64,000 nt of DNA, taken from NCBI GenBank assembly GCA_951406725.2, contig OX597830.1, positions 32,860,001-32,924,000 of the forward strand. Direction: 5' to 3'. The position numbers and the translations under genes are program-made. The stretch is from Octopus vulgaris. Taxonomy: Eukaryota. This document shows positions 56,592-64,000 of the stretch, in pieces. The notes below the pieces were generated by a model. The model was not told the DNA's origin, did no database searches, and was given only the letters and a program-made list of their open reading frames with translations. How positions within the stretch are numbered: the stretch's first letter is position 1; each line of letters begins with the position of its first letter.

Positions 56592-56625
56592 ATAATAATA
56601 ATAATAATGGTAATAATAATAACTA
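56448..56625. repeat. (CTA)n then (TAA)n microsatellite
   Basis: Directly visible. Confidence 0.95.
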
Positions 56626-57230
56626 TTATTATTCCTTTTGTCTAGGCAAATGGCCAATTTTGTTGTTAAAGCATATATTTGACTGGAATGACCTGGGTAT
56701 GTTTGGTCAAGTCGCTTCTCTCACTTTACAAATTTACTTTCCGACACTTAGCAAAGACTGAGAAAATACTGTTTACTTGTTTAAATACTATTATTATTAA
56801 CTTCACATCATTTCTCTCTTCAACTTTATTCATTACGATAGCTTATCTTCCTATCCAACTCAAGTACAACATGCCATAAATTATTTTGCTTCAGAATTTC
56901 TCCTAGTAGCTGTAAGCACTGCATTGTGATTTGCAGATTTCTTTAGTGGAATCGCTTCCATCACATGCTCTCAAATCAGAATTCCTTGGGAATTTGAAAA
57001 AAGTTCTTTGGAATTTTGTTTGAAATGATATATGAATTTATACTTTCATTTATACGTAAGATGCAGGAATCGCTGAGTTCATTTGCAACTGTGTTGTTTT
57101 GGGTTCTGTCCCCCCGTGCTCCAGCTTCAGCAAGTATCTTCTACTATAGTCTCAATCTAACCAATACCTTATGAATGAATTTGGTGGACAGAAACTGTGA
57201 AAAAGCCTGTCTTGTATATGTGTGTGTTTA

Positions 57231-57372
<142 letters not shown>

Positions 57373-57461
57373 CACATCTACACACACACACATACATACA
57401 TACATAGACATATATATATATATATATATACATACATACATACATACATATATATATGTGT

Positions 57462-57715
57462 GGAGGCCCGTGGATCAGTAGTCAGGGTGACAGCATCATG
57501 ATCGTAAGATTGTGGTTTTGATTCCTGGACCGGGCGACACGTTGTGTTCTTGAGCAAAACACATCATTTCATGTTGCTCCAGTCCACTCAGCTGGCAAGA
57601 ATGAGTAATGCTGTGATGGACTGGCGTCCCATCCAGCTGGGGAACACATACACCATAGAAACTGGGAAACCGGGCCCATGAGGCTGACTAGGCTTTAAAA
57701 AGGGTGCATTTATTT
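57462..57715 (+). mobile_element. SINE group D with V-SINE-like tail
   Basis: Head and middle as in 46418, tail as in 19799. Confidence 0.8.
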
Positions 57716-57874
57716 TTATTATATATATCATGTAGACTAGAGATGGGAGTGATGACCTCCCACACAAATACCAATTGGACACAGATGGTGTGTTGTTAGC
57801 CAGCTGGAGAAGATGTCTTCCTGGGGTTAAAAACAACAGTAACATTGTCCTCTATAGGACCGCCACATTTAGTT

Positions 57875-57916
<42 letters not shown>

Positions 57917-57936
57917 CAAATATTTATATATATAGT

Positions 57937-58164
57937 AGGCGCGGGCATGGCTGTGTGGTTAGGGAGCTTGCTTCCTAGCTATATGGTTTCGGGTTCGGTC
58001 CCACTGCGTGGCCCTTTGGGTAGGTATCTTCCACTATAGCCCCGAGCCGACCGGAGCTTTGTGATTGAATTCGGTAGGTGGAAGTTACTGCCGTGTGTGT
58101 ATGTGTGCGTATAGCTGCTCAGTGCCTCTCCGAAAGAGAGAGAGGGATATGTATATATGTGTGA

Positions 58165-58204
<40 letters not shown>

Positions 58205-58472
58205 GTTTGTGTGTGTGTGTATGATTATGTTTGTCCCACCACTGTTTGACTTCTGGTGTTCATTTGTGTATATCCCTGCTGTAACTTAGCAGATCAGTAA
58301 AAGAGATCAATGCAAAAATTACCAGGCTTCAAAAAAAAAGCAAAAAAAGAAAAACCAAATAAGTATTAGGCTTACAAAGAATAACCACTGGGGTTGATTT
58401 CTTCAAGTATAACCCTTCTAGGTGGTGCTCCAGCATGGCTGCAGTCAAATGACTGAAACAAGTAAATGAATA
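57937..58472 (+). mobile_element. SINE B, older subfamily
   Basis: ggcgcgggcatggctgtgtgg...gggttcggtccc...tgactgaaacaagtaaa. Confidence 0.8.
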
Positions 58473-58629
58473 CCAGAAAAGAATTGTGGACATATTCTTT
58501 AATCTTTAAAATTACATTTATATTTTTAATCAGATTTGGGGAGAGTATAACTTACGTTTGGCAAGGTTACTGTAGTTAAATTTAATTTAAATTCTATGTT
58601 AGCAAAAAAAAAAAAAAAGCATGAGAATA

Positions 58630-59048
58630 GGCGCAGGAGTGGCTGTGTGGTAAGTAGCTTGCTAACTAACCACATGGTTCCGGGTTCAGTCCCACTGCGT
58701 GGCATCTTGCGCAAGTGTCTTCTGCTATAGCCCCGGGAGGACCAATGCCTTGTGAGTGGATTTGGTAGACGGAAACTGAAAGAAGCCTGTCGTATATATG
58801 TATATATATATATATATAAGTGTGTGTTTATATGTTTGTGTGTCTGTGTTTGTCCCCCTAGCATTGCTTGACAACCGATGCTGGTGTGTTTACGTCCCCG
58901 TCACTTAGCGGTTCGGCCAAAGAGACCGATAGAATAAGTACTGGGCTTATAAAAAGAATAAGTCCCAGGGTCGATTTGCTCGACTAAAGGCGGTGCTCCA
59001 GCATGGCCGCACTCAAATGACTGAAACAAGTAAAAGAGTAAAAGAGAG
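58630..59048 (+). mobile_element. SINE B, full-length reference copy
   Basis: A-box TGGCTGTGTGG, B-box GGTTCAGTCCC, CORE-like tcttgcgcaagtgtctt, internal (TA)/(TG), tail gctccagcatggccgcactcaaatgactgaaacaagtaaaagagtaaaagag. Confidence 0.9.
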
Positions 59049-60099
59049 TAATAGAATCATATCCATCCTAACAGATCTTCGCTTAATCTTACGAACACAT
59101 TTCCCAACTCAGTGAGACTTGCGTTCCTTTACACATGCATAGCAGCTTCTTTGTTTTCACGTTCTTTCTTACTCTCTTGCACGTACTGGCTTGCAGGCTT
59201 TCGTACATACACAGAAATCTGTGCACTCGCTCACTCATACTTCAACTTACATGCTTTCTCACATCCACTCACTTTGTTTCCTCACTTAAACACCTACATT
59301 CCAACACACACTTCGACACTTACATATACACATACACACACCCTCACAGATGCACATACACACTCGCTTTTTAATACATGCCCAAACACCTGTATATACA
59401 CAACTAAAGATGAATATAAAAACATCTCAACATCTGTAAGATTTTATTGGAACAAAACAAAGTTTTATCCAATGGAGAAACAAAGAACAACAAGAACAAC
59501 ATTAATTGTATTGAAAACTGGTAATTTCTCCTGAATGACAATAAGACTTATTATTGCAGACATTAATTACAGTTTCCTTTTAATTAGAGAATAACCTCAA
59601 TGTTGTCCTCTTGTCGCTTGCAGGCTTTGTTGCTTCTGTATACATTCATCAAGCTATCTCAGGTGTAAATGAAAAGCCCGGATGTGGCTTTGTACATGAT
59701 CTAGAAGGAAATCTGACCTCGCTAGTTACTGCAATAGTAATTAACTAATCAAAGTTAATCAACGAACAAAGCTTCTTGATTTTACAGTTGCCTTTGCTTA
59801 ATTACTTTAAGAAACAGTGCCCTTTAATTTCCTTCCGAGCGACAGAGCAACACCTTAATGACCTTTGCTTCAGGAATTCATTTCTTATTATCTTTTGTGT
59901 TTTAACAAATTTTTTTTATTTTTATCATAACCTCAATTTTCACTTTTCTAAATTTTAAAAGTTTTTCCCTTCAAGTATCTTTTCCCATCAGTTTTTCCTT
60001 CTTTTCCCTCCACCTGATTTGTGCAGCACATTTTATTTGTGAAACCCTGAGGTGGGCTAAGGTTTACCATTTGGAATTTGGAACAAATGTGTTGGTATT

Positions 60100-60727
60100 C
60101 ACTTTTCACTTGTTTCAGACTGTGGCCATGCTGGGGTACCACTATGAAGAATTTTGGTCGAATGAATTGACCCCAATACTTCTTACTTATTTTTTTAAGC
60201 CTGGTACTTATTCTCTTGGTCTCTTTTTGCTGAAATGCTAAGTTAAAGGGATATAAACACACCAACACCAGTTGTCAAGCAATAGAAGGGGACAAACGCA
60301 CACACACACACACACAATAGGCTTCTTACAGTTTCTTATTTCTTTACTGCCTACAAGGGGCTAAACACAGAGGGGACAAACAAGGACAAATAAACAGATT
60401 AAGTTGATTATATCGACCTCAGTGTGTAACTGGTACTTATTTAATCAACTCTGAAAGGATGAAAGGCAAAGTCGACCTCAGCGGAATTTGAACTCAGAAC
60501 GTAGCAGCAGACAAAATACTGCTAAGCATTTCGCCCAGCATGCTAACATTTCTGCCCAGCTCGCGGCCGGCTTCTTACAGTTTCTGTCCACCAAATCCAT
60601 TCATAAGACTTTCGTAGGCCCAAGGCTATAGTTGAAGATACTTGTTCAAGGTGCCAAATAATAGGACTGAACCCAGAACCATATGCTTGGGAAGCAAACT
60701 TTTTACCACACAGCTATACCTGTGCCT
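60100..60727 (-). mobile_element. SINE B containing a nested SINE C (60337-60568, -)
   Basis: 17-bp TSD ggcttcttacagtttct at 60320-60336 and 60569-60585. Confidence 0.85.
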
Positions 60728-60899
60728 GTTAATTGAAATCATTAAATATTTAATTTTTCACAGAACTTTTTAATCTGTAACTTTTACACTTTTTAGACTG
60801 ATTCACTGAAATTTAAAAAACAAAAACTGAAATTCTTTCCATTGTTTTCAATCTAGAAATAGAATAAAAGAATAAAAATAACCAAAGGACATCCAGTAT

Positions 60900-61750
60900 A
60901 GAGTGTAAAGCGGTTGGTGTTAGGAAGGGCATCCAGCAGTAGGGGCCATGATAAAACAGGACAATGGAGCTCTATGTATTCCTATGAGATCCTATAAAAT
61001 TATCCAGATCATGCTTGCATGGAACAAGGATGTTCAATATTAATGGAGATGGTAGTGGTGATGATGATGATGACAATGAAGATGATGATGAGGATGATGA
61101 TGATGACAATGATGGTGATGATGAGGATGATGATGATGATGATGATAATGATGCTGATGCTGCTGCTGATGATGATGACAACAGCGATGATGATGAGGAT
61201 AATGATGGTGATGATGTTAATGATGACGACAACGACAATGACGATGATGACAACGATGACAACAGCAGTGTTGATGATGGTGATGGTGGTGGTGGTAGTG
61301 GTGATGATGGTGATAGTGGTGATGATGATGATGGTGATAGTGATGATGGCAATGATGAGGATGATGATGATGTAGTGACAATAATAATTATGATGACAAT
61401 GGTGATGATGAAGATGATGATGATGATGGTAATGATGATGATGATATGATGATGATGAGGAGGAGGAGGACGATGACAATGATGGCGATGATGATAGTGA
61501 TTACGACAATGACAGCAACAATGACACTGACAGCAATGGTGAGGATAATGATGGTGATTATGATAATGATGATGACGTCAATGACTGATGGTGATGATGA
61601 TGATGACAACAATGACGATGATGATGACGATGATGACAATGACAATGATGGTGGTGATGATGATGATGGTGAAGATGAGGAAGATGAGGATGATGATAAC
61701 AATGATAATGATGATGACAATGATGATGATGATGGTAATAATGACAGTGA
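60900..61750 (+). repeat. Family A-like 3' end (60900-61040) followed by a ~700-bp degenerate (GAT)n array
   Basis: ggttggtgttaggaagggcatccagc...catgcttgcatggaa...gatgtt, then GAT/GAC/GGT triplets. Confidence 0.8.
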
Positions 61751-61925
61751 CATATAAATTTTTGTTGAATTTCAGTAATCTCAGTTTCACCTTTCCAATT
61801 ATTCAGTCGGTACTCCAGGCTGATTTTATTCTTAAATTATCTTTTGTTTGAATAGATTTTGAAATATTATCTAAAAAATTATGAAGAGAATGCTTATCTT
61901 TATGTTTACAAAAAAAAAAAAATCA

Positions 61926-62362
61926 TGCGCAGGAGTGGCTGTGTGGTAAGTAGCTTGGTTCCGGGTTCAGTCCCAATGCGTGGCACCTTGGGCAAGTGTA
62001 TTCGACTATAGCCTTGTGCCAACCAGAGCCTTGTGAGTGGATTTGTTAGACAGAAACTGAAAGAAGCCCATCGTATATATATCCTTTCTACTATAGGCAC
62101 AAAGCCCATCGTATATATATATATATGTGTGTGTTGTGTGTGTGTGTCTGTATGTTTGTGTGTCAGTGTTTGTCCCCCAACATTGCTTGACAACCAATGC
62201 TAGTGTGTTTACGTCCCCATAAATTAGCTCTTCAGCAAAAGAGACCGATAGAATAAGTACTAGGCTTACAAAAAATAAGTCCTGGGATCGACTTGCTCAC
62301 CTGAAGACGATGCTCCAGAATGGCCACAGTCAAATGACTGAAACAAATAAAAGAATAAAAGA
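61926..62362 (+). mobile_element. SINE B, near full length
   Basis: Match to 58630-59048 with a small deletion in the head. Confidence 0.85.
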
Positions 62363-63439
62363 AAAAGAATGCAAATAACATATGCAAAAACGGTTGTTTT
62401 AAACTCAAGGATTTCATTTCATATTCGACTCCTCTGGGAATATTCCAAACATCTTAAACATCATACAAGTGAAATGAATCTAAGAACTGCCCTCATGAAA
62501 TTGTTTTGTTGTTTAAGTAATGTTTTAAATAATACTTTAAAGTAATATCTTTAAAACATTAGAAAAATAATATTATTAAAAATGTAATATTTTGAAAACA
62601 ATATATGAGCCTATTGTGTTTGCACTTTCGTTTTTGTTCTGTTGTTGAAAATATGTCAAAACCAATGCTTTTAGTCCCGGAATTTAAGGAGGTCACTACT
62701 TGTACAAAAGATACTGAACTCCAGGCATTAAGGCACTAACAAGTCTGTACTTTTATTCATGCCATTACTATATTGAAACAAAATTCTTGATTTTTCATCC
62801 AGATAAAGGTTACACTACATTTTTTATTTGAAGCTAATTTTTCTGTATGTTTGTGCCCTGTCTACAATCAACCACATAGTTTTGAATTTGTTAGAACTTG
62901 TTTCATGCAAGAACCATATAAATTTCAGTCGGAGGACTGCATTATGTACCAATGTCTTTTTGGCATGGTTTCTATGGCTGGATATCCTTGATGATGCTAG
63001 CCACTTTACAAAGTGCTCTGGGAGCTGTTCTTCATTGCAATAATACTGGTAAGGATTTCCTCATAACTTGTAAGGCTAAGGCGCTAAAATGGTCCCTGTA
63101 ACAGATGGCGAATGAAAGAGAAAGTTGGTGAGGATTTATAGCAAAAAAAATGAGAGAAAGTCGGAGGGTAAGATGGAAAATTATGGAAGAAAACAGAGGT
63201 AATTCTTTGGAAGTATCGCCTTCTTGTATTCTCTTATGACTAAGTGCTCTAAGTCACATGTTTTATGTTGCTCAACATTTTCAGTATGTTACAGACTATC
63301 CTTAATGGTTTCACTGCTCTCATTTCCTCAATAATCTTTACTAGTTATTTTACTCATGTCAGCTTTGAATGCTGGTCTCTCTATGTTGTGTTTATTTATA
63401 GTAGTTTATATCTTGCCCAAGCATTCACCAGATCTTCTC

Positions 63440-63762
63440 ACCCCTGTGCCAGTGGCACATGAAAAGCATTCAAGCGAGGTCATTGCCAGTACCGCTGGAC
63501 TGGCTCCAGTGCAGGTGGCATGCAAAAAATACCATTTGAGCATGGCCGTTGCCAGTACTGCCTGACTGGCCGCTGGCACATAAAGGCACCCACTACACCC
63601 TCAGAGTGGTTGGCATTAGGAAGGGCATCCAGCTGTAGAAACTCTGCCAGATCAAGATTGGAGTCTGGTGCAGCCATCTGGTTCGCCAGTCCTCAGTCAA
63701 ATCGTCCAACTCATGCTAGCATGGAAAGCAGACGTTAAACGATGATGATGATGATGATGATG
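63440..63762 (+). mobile_element. Family A RTE 3' UTR
   Basis: gttggcattaggaagggcatccagctgtagaaac...gacgttaaacgatgatg. Confidence 0.85.
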
Positions 63763-64000
63763 TCATAGCAATTGTTTTACCTTTTTCTTTTCTGGCCCCA
63801 GTGAGAATAAATGCATCTTTATGATTAACTTCACACTTCTCCCCAATGATTTTCTGATTCATGCTAACACACTACTTGGTTGCCATCCAGAAAGCCTAAC
63901 ACATCTTGTCACAGAACATTGGTAAACATTTTACCATTTGAATTCTTGATAGATATACTTAAAGTCTAGCTTCTCTTCAAGCCCTCTGATATTGCATCTT

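Noticed and set aside
58630-58700. tRNA gene
   Set aside because: A and B boxes are present but there is no cloverleaf, and the sequence continues into a multi-copy SINE body

Overview
This is AT-rich, microsatellite-saturated animal DNA, intronic or intergenic. The SINE families look like those of Octopus (an inference from memory of octopod repeats, not a database result). No intact protein-coding gene can be supported, and most ORFs in the track are translations of simple repeats. The window is a mosaic of three tRNA-derived SINE groups (here B, C, D), RTE 3' ends (A), a ~550-bp ORF-less (AAT)n-associated element (E), decayed LINE fragments (R4/Dong-like RLE, Tx1/L1, CR1, RTE), mariner and maT-like relics, piggyBac-type TTAA MITEs, a Helitron, Helentron-type HINEs and Penelope-like remnants. 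The most unusual signal is a set of minimal type-I hammerhead ribozyme motifs, including two unrelated ~200-bp foldback palindromes that each mirror the 3' half of a hammerhead (GAAA-palindrome-TA). There are also several weak candidate small exons or microexons of an unidentified host gene. Repeat boundaries are approximate (about 10-20 bp) unless a TSD is quoted.
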